The position numbers and the translations under genes were made by a program. Below, one piece after another: positions 1-14,255 of a DNA stretch of 40,447 nt. Source of the stretch: Lysobacterales bacterium (GTDB taxonomy: Bacteria > Pseudomonadota > Gammaproteobacteria > Xanthomonadales > Xanthomonadaceae). The DNA lies in the NCBI GenBank assembly GCA_015655035.1, contig JAATFS010000353.1:1-40447 (forward strand), given 5' to 3'. The notes beneath the pieces were generated by a model. That model ran no database searches. It saw only the letters and a list, made by a program, of their open reading frames with translations, and had not been told where the DNA came from. Position 1 is the stretch's first letter. Every line of letters starts with the position of its first letter.

Positions 1-1182
1 CAGGGCATCGACCTGCGCAAGGATCCGCTGGCGCTGCAGCGCCTGAAGGATGCCGCCGAGCGCGCGAAGATCGAGCTGTCGACCTCGCAGCAGACCGAAG
101 TCAACCTGCCGTACGTGACGGCCGATGCTTCCGGTCCCAAGCACCTGAACATCAAGCTGACCCGCGCCAAGCTGGAAGCGCTGGTCGAGGATCTGGTCAA
201 GAAGTCGATCGAGCCGTGCCGTACCGCGCTGAACGATGCCGGCCTGCGCGCCAGCGACGTCAACGAAGTGATCCTGGTCGGCGGCCAGACCCGCATGCCG
301 AAGGTGCAGCAGGCGGTGGCCGATTTCTTCGGCAAGGAACCGCGCAAGGACGTCAACCCGGACGAGGCCGTGGCCTTGGGCGCGGCGATCCAGGGCGGCG
401 TGCTGGCCGGCGACGTCAAGGACGTGCTGCTGCTGGACGTGACCCCGCTGTCGCTGGGCATCGAGACCATGGGCGGCGTGTTCACCAAGATCATCGAGAA
501 GAACACCACGATCCCGACCAAGGCCTCGCAGACCTTCTCCACCGCCGAGGACAACCAGTCCGCCGTGACCGTGCATGTATTGCAGGGTGAGCGCGAACAG
601 GCCCGCTTCAACAAGTCGCTGGCCAAGTTCGATCTGTCCGGCATCGAGCCGGCTCCGCGCGGCCTGCCGCAGGTCGAGGTGTCCTTCGACATCGATGCCA
701 ACGGCATCCTGCACGTGTCGGCCAAGGACAAGAAGACCAACAAGGAACAGAAGGTCGAGATCAAGGCCGGTTCAGGCCTGTCCGACGACGAGATCGCACG
801 GATGGTCGCCGACGCTGAAGCCAACCGAGAAGAGGACAAGAAGTTCCACGAGCTGGTGCAGACCCGCAACCAGGCCGACGGCCTGATCCATGCGACCCGC
901 ACCGCGATCACCGAACACGGCAGCAAGGTGGGCGGCGATGTGATCGGCAAGGTCGAGGCTGCGCTGGCCGACCTGGAGACCGCGCTGAAGGGTGACGACA
1001 AGGCGCAGATCGAGTCGCGCAGCAAGGCGCTCGAGGAAGCCGGCCAGTCGCTCTATGCGGCAGCGGCGGCAGCCGAACAGGGCGCAGGCGCGGGCGCCGA
1101 TCCGGGTGCGCAGGCAGCTGGCAAGGCCGCCGACGACGTGGTCGATGCCGAGTTCACCGAAGTCAAGGACGACAAGAAGTAA
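1..1182 (+). CDS. dnaK: Hsp70 chaperone DnaK (5'-truncated by window edge)
   Basis: Frame open from base 1 ([27 protein letters not shown]); motifs [45 protein letters not shown]; C-terminal [11 protein letters not shown]. Confidence 0.99.
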   Translation, partial: QGIDLRKDPLALQRLKDAAERAKIELSTSQQTEVNLPYVTADASGPKHLNIKLTRAKLEALVEDLVKKSIEPCRTALNDAGLRASDVNEVILVGGQTRMPKVQQAVADFFGKEPRKDVNPDEAVALGAAIQGGVLAGDVKDVLLLDVTPLSLGIETMGGVFTKIIEKNTTIPTKASQTFSTAEDNQSAVTVHVLQGEREQARFNKSLAKFDLSGIEPAPRGLPQVEVSFDIDANGILHVSAKDKKTNKEQKVEIKAGSGLSDDEIARMVADAEANREEDKKFHELVQTRNQADGLIHATRTAITEHGSKVGGDVIGKVEAALADLETALKGDDKAQIESRSKALEEAGQSLYAAAAAAEQGAGAGADPGAQAAGKAADDVVDAEFTEVKDDKK

Positions 1183-1204
1183 GCCGTGATTCGGGAGTCG
1201 GGAA

Positions 1205-1240
1205 GGGAGCGCCGGGCGCCGATGCGCGCCCGGCGCTTCC
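1205..1240. repeat. GC-rich stem-loop in dnaK-dnaJ spacer
   Basis: AGCGCCGGGCGC (1208-1219) / GCGCCCGGCGCT (1226-1237), perfect 12-bp inverted repeat with 6-nt loop. Confidence 0.8.
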
Positions 1241-1272
1241 CGCCCGATATCCTCTGCGCATCGCGTCGCGGG

Positions 1273-1306
1273 AGCGGATCAGCGCAGGCTGTCCGCTTTT
1301 GCGTTT
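1273..1306 (+). terminator. Probable intrinsic terminator/attenuator between dnaK and dnaJ
   Basis: AGCGGA-T-CAGC-gcag-GCTG-TCCGCT followed by TTTGCGTTT. Confidence 0.6.
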
Positions 1307-1341
1307 AACGAACCAAGAATCACGAATCCCGAATTCCGCTT

Positions 1342-2478
1342 ATGAGCAAACGCGATTACTACGAAGTCCTGGGCGTGGCCCGTGGCGCCAGCGATGAGGA
1401 ACTGAAGAAGGCCTATCGGCGCTGCGCGATGAAACATCACCCGGACCGCAATCCGGACGATGCCACGGCCGAGGCCGCGTTCAAGGAGTGCAAGGAGGCC
1501 TACGAGGTCCTGTCCGACGGCAATAAGCGCCGGATGTACGACGCGCATGGCCATGCGGCGTTCGAGCACGGCATGGGCGGCGGCGGTGGCGGTGGTCCGG
1601 GCGGGCCGGACATGGGCGACATCTTTGGCGACATCTTCGGCAACATCTTCGGAGGTGCCGGCGGCGGCGGTTCGCGTTCCGCGCGACGCGGTGCCGATAT
1701 CGGCTACGTGCTGGAGCTGGACCTGGAAGAGGCGGTCGCCGGCACCGAACGGCGGGTCGAGATTCCGACCATGGTCGAGTGCGAACCCTGCCACGGCAGC
1801 GGCTCGGATGACGGCAAGGTCGAGACCTGCGCCACCTGCCACGGACATGGCCAGGTACGTATCCAGCGTGGCATCTTTGCCATGCAGCAGAGCTGCCCGC
1901 ATTGTGGTGGACGCGGCAGCATCATCAAGAATCCTTGCGCGGCCTGCCACGGCGCCGGCCGTGTGGAAGAAGAAAAAGTCCTGTCGGTCAAGATTCCGGC
2001 CGGTGTCGATACCGGCGATCGCATCCGCCTGTCGGGCGAGGGCGAGGCCGGTCCTGCCGGCACGCCAGCCGGTGACCTGTATGTGGAAGTTCGGGTGCGC
2101 GAGCATGCGATCTTCCAGCGCGATGGCGACGACCTGCATTGCGAGGTGCCGATCCGGATCTCGCAGGCCGCGCTCGGCGATACCGTGCGCGTAGCAACGC
2201 TTGGTGGCGAGGCGGAGATCCGCATACCCGCCGAGACCCAGACCGGCAAGCTGTTCCGGTTGCGCGGCAAGGGCGTGCGTTCGGTGCGCAGCCGCACCGA
2301 GGGCGATCTGTACTGCCGCGTGGTGGTGGAGACGCCGGTCAATCTCACTGTCGATCAGCGCAAGTTGCTGGAGCAATTCGAATCGACCTTTACCGGCGAG
2401 GATGCGCGCAAGCACTCGCCCAAGTCGGCGACTTTCATCGATGGCGTCAAGGGCTTCTGGGATCGGATGACGTCGTAA
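1342..2478 (+). CDS. dnaJ: Co-chaperone DnaJ
   Basis: J-domain with HPD, G/F-rich linker, four CxxCxGxG zinc-finger repeats; follows dnaK. Confidence 0.99.
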   Translation: MSKRDYYEVLGVARGASDEELKKAYRRCAMKHHPDRNPDDATAEAAFKECKEAYEVLSDGNKRRMYDAHGHAAFEHGMGGGGGGGPGGPDMGDIFGDIFGNIFGGAGGGGSRSARRGADIGYVLELDLEEAVAGTERRVEIPTMVECEPCHGSGSDDGKVETCATCHGHGQVRIQRGIFAMQQSCPHCGGRGSIIKNPCAACHGAGRVEEEKVLSVKIPAGVDTGDRIRLSGEGEAGPAGTPAGDLYVEVRVREHAIFQRDGDDLHCEVPIRISQAALGDTVRVATLGGEAEIRIPAETQTGKLFRLRGKGVRSVRSRTEGDLYCRVVVETPVNLTVDQRKLLEQFESTFTGEDARKHSPKSATFIDGVKGFWDRMTS

Positions 2479-2570
2479 CGCAGCCCACGGGGCAGGTTGC
2501 GCCGCCTCGATTTTGCTGCACAAAACCGCAGGTCTCGCTCTTGCCTTGCCTATCCCTGCGCCTGTCGGCG

Positions 2571-2595
2571 CGCCTCCCTTCACGGAAGGGAGGCG
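2571..2595. repeat. REP-like palindrome downstream of dnaJ
   Basis: CGCCTCCCTTC-acg-GAAGGGAGGCG, perfect 11-bp stem, no U-tract. Confidence 0.6.
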
Positions 2596-2707
2596 TTGCA
2601 GAGGCATTGTCGTGCGATGGCGCGGTCCGGCGCCAGGTTCGTCGGGCCGGAAAGATTCAGAAGAAAACAGTGGGTCACGGCTCCTCCTGCGGCCCTAGAA
2701 TGAATGC

Positions 2708-3616
2708 ATGAACGCCACTACTGAAAGTCACCTCGTCCATGGCCGCCGCCAGCGCCCGGACGGTCCCGCGCCGATCGACATCATCTCGGTGCAGTCGCAG
2801 CTCGTTTACGGCCATGCCGGCAACAGCGCCGCAGTGCCGCCATTGCGTGCGCTCGGCCTGCGCGTGGCGGAGATCCCGACCACCTTGCTCAGCAACGCGC
2901 CGTTCTACGCCACGCTACGCGGCCGCATCCTGCCGGTGGACTGGTTTGCCGACCTATTGCTGGGCGCCAGCGAGCGCGCCTTGCCGCAACGCGCGCGCAT
3001 GCTGATCTCCGGCTACTTCGGCAGCCTGGCCAATGGCGAAGCGTTCGCCGACTGGCTGGAGCAGATCCTGCCGCAGTCGCCGCAGTTGCGCTATTGCCTG
3101 GATCCGGTGATCGGCGACACCCACACCGGCGCTTACGTCGAGGCCGGATTGGAGCAGGTGTTCGTCGAGCGGTTGTTGCCGCATGCGTGGCTGGTCACGC
3201 CGAACGCATTCGAGCTGGGGCGACTCACCGGACTGCCGAGCCTGGCGCAGGATGAGGCGATCACGGCCGCGCGGGTATTGCTCGAGCGCGGGCCGCAATG
3301 GGTGCTGGCACATAGCGTGGCCGGCGCCCCGGGCGAACTGGTGACGCTGGCGGTCAGCGGCGATGCGGTGTATCGCTGGTCCTCGCCGCATCTGCCGGTG
3401 GACGTGGCTGGTACCGGCGACGTGCTGATGGCGTTGCTGGTGGGATTCCTGCTCAACGGCGAGAGCTTCGAGAGCGCGGTCGGGCGTGCGCTGGCCGGTG
3501 TGCACACCGCGCTGGAGGCAACGCTGGCGGCCGGCTACGAGGAATTCGACATCCTGGCCGCAGTGCCGGCGGCGTTGTCCTCGGCCACGCGCTTCCATGT
3601 CGAGCGGATCGCATGA
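2708..3616 (+). CDS. pdxK: Pyridoxal/pyridoxine kinase (PdxK/PdxY family)
   Basis: ISVQSQLVYGHAGNSAA, DPVIGD, TPNAFEL, GTGD anion-hole motif; PdxK versus PdxY subtype not resolvable by eye. Confidence 0.9.
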   Translation: MNATTESHLVHGRRQRPDGPAPIDIISVQSQLVYGHAGNSAAVPPLRALGLRVAEIPTTLLSNAPFYATLRGRILPVDWFADLLLGASERALPQRARMLISGYFGSLANGEAFADWLEQILPQSPQLRYCLDPVIGDTHTGAYVEAGLEQVFVERLLPHAWLVTPNAFELGRLTGLPSLAQDEAITAARVLLERGPQWVLAHSVAGAPGELVTLAVSGDAVYRWSSPHLPVDVAGTGDVLMALLVGFLLNGESFESAVGRALAGVHTALEATLAAGYEEFDILAAVPAALSSATRFHVERIA

Positions 3617-4725
3617 AAGCCAATCCCGTTGTCGGCATCGTCGGTAGCGCCGGTGCCTATGGCCGTTGGTTGACGCAGTTCCTGTCGCGCCAGATGGGGC
3701 TGGATGTGATCGGGCACGACCCGGTCGCGCCGGAATCGCTGGGCGAGGCGGAACTGCTGGCGCGTGCCGACGTGCTGATCTTCTCTGCGCCGATTCGGCA
3801 TACGCCCGAGCTGATCCGGCACTACGCTGTGCTGGGCGGTGGACGCGAGCGCGAGCAGCTGTGGCTGGACATCACCTCGATCAAGCAGGCGCCGGTGGCG
3901 GCGATGCTGGAATCGTCAGCCGAGGTGGTGGGCCTGCATCCGATGACCGCACCGCCCAAGTCGCCCACGCTCAAGGGCCGCGTAATGGTGGTGTGCGAGG
4001 CCCGTGTGCAGCGTTGGCGGCCCTGGGTGCAGCAGCTGTGCACGGCGCTGGAAGCCGAGTGCGTGCACACCACGCCCGAGCACCATGATCGGGTGATGGC
4101 GTTGGTGCAGGCGATGGTGCATGCCACTCACCTGGCGCAGGCGGGGGTGTTGCGCGACTACGTGCCGATGCTGGGCGAGTTGCAGGCGCTGATGCCGTAT
4201 CGCTCGGCCTCGTTTGAGCTGGATACCGCGATCATCGCGCGGATCCTGTCACTGAATCCCTCGATCTACGAGGACATCCAGTTCGGCAATCCGTACGTAG
4301 CGGAAATGCTCGATCGCCTGCTCGATCAGCTGCAGACGTTGCGCGAGCTGGTGCGGCGCGGCGACGACGCGGCACGCGCGCAGTTTCGCAGCAGATTCCT
4401 GCTCGACAATCGCCGCGCACTGGGCGATACCGCGCTGGCCGATGGCAACTACAGCTACGAGCGCGTGGGCTATCTGCTCGCCGACCTCACCGAAGCGCTG
4501 GCGCTGAGCGTCTATCTGCCGGAGGACCGGGCCGGCTCGCTGCGTGCGCTGCTGCATGTATTCGAGCGGCACGGTATCAGCCTGTCGTCGATCCACTCGT
4601 CGCGTACGCCGGCAGGCGAGCTGCATTTCCGTATCGGTTTCGATCATGCCAGCGAAGCGGCGGCGCTGGCTGCGGCGGCACGCGAGATCGACAACAGCGG
4701 CATCGGTCGGGTACTGGCGCGCTGA
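3613..4725 (+). CDS. tyrA: Prephenate dehydrogenase with C-terminal ACT-like domain
   Basis: Rossmann GIVGSAGAYG, DITSIK, GLHPM, EHHDRVMALVQAMVH; ACT-like DRAGSLRALLHVFERHGISLSSIHS; ATGA overlap with pdxK. Confidence 0.85.
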   Translation: MKANPVVGIVGSAGAYGRWLTQFLSRQMGLDVIGHDPVAPESLGEAELLARADVLIFSAPIRHTPELIRHYAVLGGGREREQLWLDITSIKQAPVAAMLESSAEVVGLHPMTAPPKSPTLKGRVMVVCEARVQRWRPWVQQLCTALEAECVHTTPEHHDRVMALVQAMVHATHLAQAGVLRDYVPMLGELQALMPYRSASFELDTAIIARILSLNPSIYEDIQFGNPYVAEMLDRLLDQLQTLRELVRRGDDAARAQFRSRFLLDNRRALGDTALADGNYSYERVGYLLADLTEALALSVYLPEDRAGSLRALLHVFERHGISLSSIHSSRTPAGELHFRIGFDHASEAAALAAAAREIDNSGIGRVLAR

Positions 4726-4732
4726 TCCGCAT

Positions 4733-4778
4733 TCATCCACAGGCGATGTGGATGAAAGGTGGCCAAAGGTGTGGATAA
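4733..4778. promoter_or_regulatory. Cluster of three DnaA boxes
   Basis: TCATCCACA (4733-4741), TGTGGATGA (4747-4755), perfect TGTGGATAA (4770-4778; reverse complement of TTATCCACA). Confidence 0.7.
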
Positions 4779-4854
4779 CCTGCGTGCGGCCTTGCTGCCC
4801 CAGCTATCCGCCCGGGGTGGTCAATAAATGACCAGGCCGATGGACGTACCGCGT

Positions 4855-5052
4855 CTACACCAAAGACAACTTCAATTCGCCGCCTGCGGTGGAAAAGGTC
4901 TGGCCCTGGCGGATCAGGCGTCTGCCATCGGCGAGCTCGTAGCGCGGAGATTCTTCGCCGGTGCGGGCCGGATTCGAGGCATTGTCGCGGAATTCGATGA
5001 CCACGTAGGTCTCGCCGTCGTCGCTGTGAGCGGGAAATTGCCGGAAGGACAT
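4855..5052 (-). CDS. Small hypothetical protein (65 aa)
   Basis: ATG at 5052 preceded by strong SD AGGAGGT; protein-like MSFRQFPAHSDDGETYVVIEF...RYELADGRRL; the longer ORF-track start overlaps the ABC gene. Confidence 0.75.
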   Translation of the reverse strand: MSFRQFPAHSDDGETYVVIEFRDNASNPARTGEESPRYELADGRRLIRQGQTFSTAGGELKLSLV

Positions 5053-5137
5053 CACACACCTCCTGCGGGTTGCGAAGGGCGCCAGGCCAGAAAGCCGGCG
5101 ACGCGAGCATGCGCAGGCGAGCGTTAGCAAGACGTCA

Positions 5138-6907
5138 TCAATCGATGAATTGCAGCTTCGCAAGCTCGGCATAGAGGCCGCCTTGGGCGATCAGCTCGGC
5201 GTGGGTGCCCTGGGCGACGATGCGTCCATGCTCCATCACCGCGATACGGTCGGCCTTGAGCACGGTGGCCAGACGATGCGCGATCACCAGGGTGGTGCGG
5301 CCGGCCATCAAGCGTTCCAGCGCTTGCTGCACCGCGCGCTCGCTTTGCGCGTCCAGTGCGCTGGTGGCCTCATCGAGCAGCAGGATCGGTGCGTCCTTGA
5401 GCAGTGCGCGGGCGATCGCGACACGTTGTTGCTGGCCGCCGGACAGGCGTGCACCGCGTTCGCCCAGCTCGCTGGCGTACCCCTGAGGCAACTGTTGAAT
5501 GAATTCATCGGCTTCGGCCGCGCGCGCGGCCGCTTCCAGTTCGGCATCGCTGGCGTGCAGGCGGCCGTAGCGGATGTTGTCGGCGGCGCTGGCGGCGAAC
5601 AGGGTCGGTTGCTGCGGCACCAGTGCGATCTGCTCACGCAACGCGCCTGGATCGACCTGGCGGACGTCCACGCCGTCGATCGAGACGTGGCCCGATTGCG
5701 GATCGTGGAAACGCAGCAGCATCGACAGCACGGTGCTCTTGCCGGCGCCGGACGGGCCGACCAATGCCACGGTCTCGCCGGGGCGCAGGTGCAGGTCGAA
5801 ACCGGACAGCGCCGGCAGGTCGGGGCGCTGCGGATAGTGGAAGACGACTTGGTCGAAGCGGATATCCCCGCGCAGCGGCTGCGGCAACGCCTGCGGGTGG
5901 GCGGGGGCGACGATGCCGGGCTGTTCGTGCAACAGCTCGGCGATGCGGCCCATGCCGCCAGCGGCGCGTTGCAGCTCGTTCCACACCTCGGCCAGCGAAC
6001 CCACCGAGCCGCCGCCGATCAAGGCGTACAGCACGAACTGGCCGAGTGTCCCCATCGTCATGTTCCCGGCAATCACATCGTGCGCGCCAGACCACAGCAC
6101 CAGCACGATGGCACCGAACACCAGCACGATCGACAACGCGGTGACCCAGGCTTGGGTGCGGATGCGTCGCTGCGCGGTCTGGATCGAGACCTCCAGCGCG
6201 GCGTCGAAACGCTCGCGTTCATAGCGCTCGCGGGCGTGTGCCTGGACCGTCCGCACTGCGCCCAGCGTCTCGGCGGCCAAGGTGTTGGCGTCGGCGACGC
6301 GATCCTGGCTGGCCCGTGCCACCTTGCGCAGCTGGCGCGCGCCGAGCACGATCGGCAGCACCGCCAGCGGGATGCCGAGCAATGCGAATGCGGCCAGGCG
6401 CGGGCTGGTGACGAACAGCATCGCCAACGCGCCGACCACGGTAACGCTGCTGCGCAACGCCACCGACATGGTCGAGCCGATCACGCTGCGCAGCAGTTCG
6501 CTGTCGGCCGAAAGCCGCGAAACCAGCTCGCCGCTGCGGCTGCGGTCGTGGAATCCGGCATCCAGTCCGATGAGGTGGGCATACAGCTGGCTGCGCAGGT
6601 CGGCCACCACCTTCTCGCCGAGTAGCGAAACGAAATAGAAACGCGCCGCCGTGGCCAGCGCCAGCACCACCGCCACCACGAACAGCAGCGCAAAGGCCTG
6701 GTTGATCTGTCCATCGCCGGAGAAGCCATGGTCGATCATCCGCTTGACCGCCGCCGGCAGGCTCAACGTTGCGGTCGAGGAAACGGCCAATGCGGCCAAC
6801 CAGGCCGAAAACAGGCCACGGTGGCGGCGGATGAACGGCCACAAGGTGCGCAGGCTACCTAGTCGGCCCAGCGGAGCGGGGCCGGGAGCGGCCTTGGGGT
6901 CATTCAT
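5138..6907 (-). CDS. ABC exporter, fused TMD+NBD (MsbA/ABCB-like)
   Basis: N-terminal TM helices; Walker A GPSGAGKST, signature LSGGQQQR, Walker B LLLDEATSALD, H-loop IAHRL. Confidence 0.95.
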   Translation of the reverse strand: MNDPKAAPGPAPLGRLGSLRTLWPFIRRHRGLFSAWLAALAVSSTATLSLPAAVKRMIDHGFSGDGQINQAFALLFVVAVVLALATAARFYFVSLLGEKVVADLRSQLYAHLIGLDAGFHDRSRSGELVSRLSADSELLRSVIGSTMSVALRSSVTVVGALAMLFVTSPRLAAFALLGIPLAVLPIVLGARQLRKVARASQDRVADANTLAAETLGAVRTVQAHARERYERERFDAALEVSIQTAQRRIRTQAWVTALSIVLVFGAIVLVLWSGAHDVIAGNMTMGTLGQFVLYALIGGGSVGSLAEVWNELQRAAGGMGRIAELLHEQPGIVAPAHPQALPQPLRGDIRFDQVVFHYPQRPDLPALSGFDLHLRPGETVALVGPSGAGKSTVLSMLLRFHDPQSGHVSIDGVDVRQVDPGALREQIALVPQQPTLFAASAADNIRYGRLHASDAELEAAARAAEADEFIQQLPQGYASELGERGARLSGGQQQRVAIARALLKDAPILLLDEATSALDAQSERAVQQALERLMAGRTTLVIAHRLATVLKADRIAVMEHGRIVAQGTHAELIAQGGLYAELAKLQFID

Positions 6908-7496
6908 GCGTATCGGTTTCCATGAAGCTCACACGATTCCGGGTGGCGTCGCGTAGCCGGCTTTTCAAGGTAGGAAGCTGATCGGAAGGCAACTGGATGC
7001 GTAGCCGCACGCCGTCCGGGTCGAAGTCTTCATGCTGCTTGCTGGCCGAGTGCTGCGCAAGCAGGGTGTGCACCACGCCAATGTCGTCGAATCCGCTATG
7101 CAGCTCGAGCAGGGACATCGGCGTAAGCGGCAGTCGCGGCGCAAGCCGCAGGCATTCGGCGGCGGTGCCACCGTAGGCGCGCACCAGGCCGCCGGCTCCA
7201 AGCTTGATGCCGCCGAACCAGCGGATCACCACCACTACAATGCGGTCGAAGCCTTGTCCATCGATCGCGGCGAGGATCGGCCGGCCGGCGGTGCCCGCAG
7301 GCTCACCGTCATCGCTGGAGCGGTACTCGCTGCCGTGGCGATAGGCCCAGCAGTTGTGGGTGGCATCGGCCACGCTCACCTGGCGTACGAAGTCGATGGC
7401 GCTGTCGGCGTTCTCGATCGGTGCGGCATGCGCGGTGAAGCGGCTGTGCTTGATTTCCTGGCTGTGGCTGACGGGGGCAGGGAGAGTGTCTGGCAT
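6900..7496 (-). CDS. yigZ: YigZ/IMPACT family protein
   Basis: EIKHSRF, ATHNCWAY, SDDGEPAGTAGRP, RWFGGIKLGAGGLVRAY; start reassigned to ATG 7496. Confidence 0.92.
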   Translation of the reverse strand: MPDTLPAPVSHSQEIKHSRFTAHAAPIENADSAIDFVRQVSVADATHNCWAYRHGSEYRSSDDGEPAGTAGRPILAAIDGQGFDRIVVVVIRWFGGIKLGAGGLVRAYGGTAAECLRLAPRLPLTPMSLLELHSGFDDIGVVHTLLAQHSASKQHEDFDPDGVRLRIQLPSDQLPTLKSRLRDATRNRVSFMETDTHE

Positions 7497-7601
7497 CGCC
7501 GGCCATTCTATGACGGCAATACCCAAGGACAGCGGAATCGGAGGGCGCAGCGCCCGGGAAGGCGCTGCGCCGCATCGCGGCCATCCGGATCCTGGCCGGC
7601 C

Positions 7602-8195
7602 TCAGCGCAGGGCCGAGCGGCGCTTTTCGTCTATCCACTTGGAAGCTTGTGCCGGTTCGTAGGCACGCATCCATTCCAGCATCTGCGACATGTCCGCGCC
7701 GTACCACAGGTCGGCGCGCTGGTCCGGATGCAGGAATCGCTCCTCCACCATGCGATCGATCATGCCGATCAACGGCGCATAGAAACCTTCGACATCCAGG
7801 AACGCGCAAGGCTTGTTGCCGATGCCGAGCTGGCGCCAGGTCAGCATCTCGAAGATTTCCTCCATCGTGCCGAAGCCGCCGGGCAGGGCGACGAAGGCGT
7901 CGGACAGGTCGAACATCCGCGACTTGCGCTCGTGCATGGATCCCACGATCTCCAGCGAGGTCAATCCGCGGTGGGCCACTTCCCAGTCCGCCAACTGCTG
8001 CGGGATCACGCCGACGACTTCGCCGCCGGCGGCCAGCACTGCATTGGCGACTGCGCCCATCAGTCCGACATTGCCGCCGCCATAGACCAGTCGCAGGCCA
8101 TCACCGGCGATGCGCGTGCCCAATGCCGTGGCGTGTTCGAGATAGGCCGGCTTGTTGCCGGCATTGGAGCCGCAGTAGACGCAAATGCTTTTCAT
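7602..8195 (-). CDS. LOG-family nucleotide monophosphate phosphoribohydrolase (TIGR00730)
   Basis: ICVYCGS, LVYGGGNVGLMG, MHERK, PGGFGTMEE signature. Confidence 0.95.
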   Translation of the reverse strand: MKSICVYCGSNAGNKPAYLEHATALGTRIAGDGLRLVYGGGNVGLMGAVANAVLAAGGEVVGVIPQQLADWEVAHRGLTSLEIVGSMHERKSRMFDLSDAFVALPGGFGTMEEIFEMLTWRQLGIGNKPCAFLDVEGFYAPLIGMIDRMVEERFLHPDQRADLWYGADMSQMLEWMRAYEPAQASKWIDEKRRSALR

Positions 8196-8234
8196 GGTCG
8201 GGAATCGGATTTGAGGATGGGGAGTTGTGGAGGC

Positions 8235-8270
8235 GGAAAACGCCGACGCCGGGCTTTCGCCCGGCGTCGG
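8235..8270 (-). terminator. Intrinsic terminator of sucA-sucB-lpdA
   Basis: Perfect 12-bp stem CCGACGCCGGGC/GCCCGGCGTCGG, GAAA loop on minus strand, followed by CGTTTT. Confidence 0.75.
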
Positions 8271-8339
8271 TCTGCGGTTGGTCGGGAGAGGGCGGGGAGC
8301 GCAGTTGCCGATCCCGAGGCCCTACCCACAACTACGTGC

Positions 8340-11132
<2,793 letters not shown>

Positions 11133-11173
11133 TCGGGGAGCGTCCTAGGGTTCTTTGTTCTTCGGGGTATGGG

Positions 11174-13999
<2,826 letters not shown>

Positions 14000-14081
14000 G
14001 ATCGTGAGTCGGGTCGCTGTGGCTGTGGGGAGGTGTCTTGCTATGGGCTAAGCCCGGTCGGTCTGGATCGAAGCGTGAAAA

Positions 14082-14087
14082 ATTATA
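14082..14087 (-). promoter_or_regulatory. Candidate -10 element for sucA operon
   Basis: Perfect TATAAT on minus strand about 80 nt upstream of sucA; no consensus -35 at 17-bp spacing. Confidence 0.45.
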
Positions 14088-14255
14088 CCCTCATGACGCA
14101 ATGAGAGGGGCTATGCAAGGTGGCAAATGGTCGCGCCCCTGTGCGGCGCTTCAGCCTTGTCGTACGTGCCTGATGGCCAAGGCAATTCCGGCCCGGCGCG
14201 GCTGCATGCGATAGGTGGCCCTGGCGGAAAGCGCGCAGGACGTTGGCGTTGAAGG

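Noticed and set aside
4733-4778. Replication origin (oriC)
   Set aside because: Only three boxes, no AT-rich unwinding element, and no dnaA/dnaN/gidA context; kept instead as a DARS/datA-like candidate
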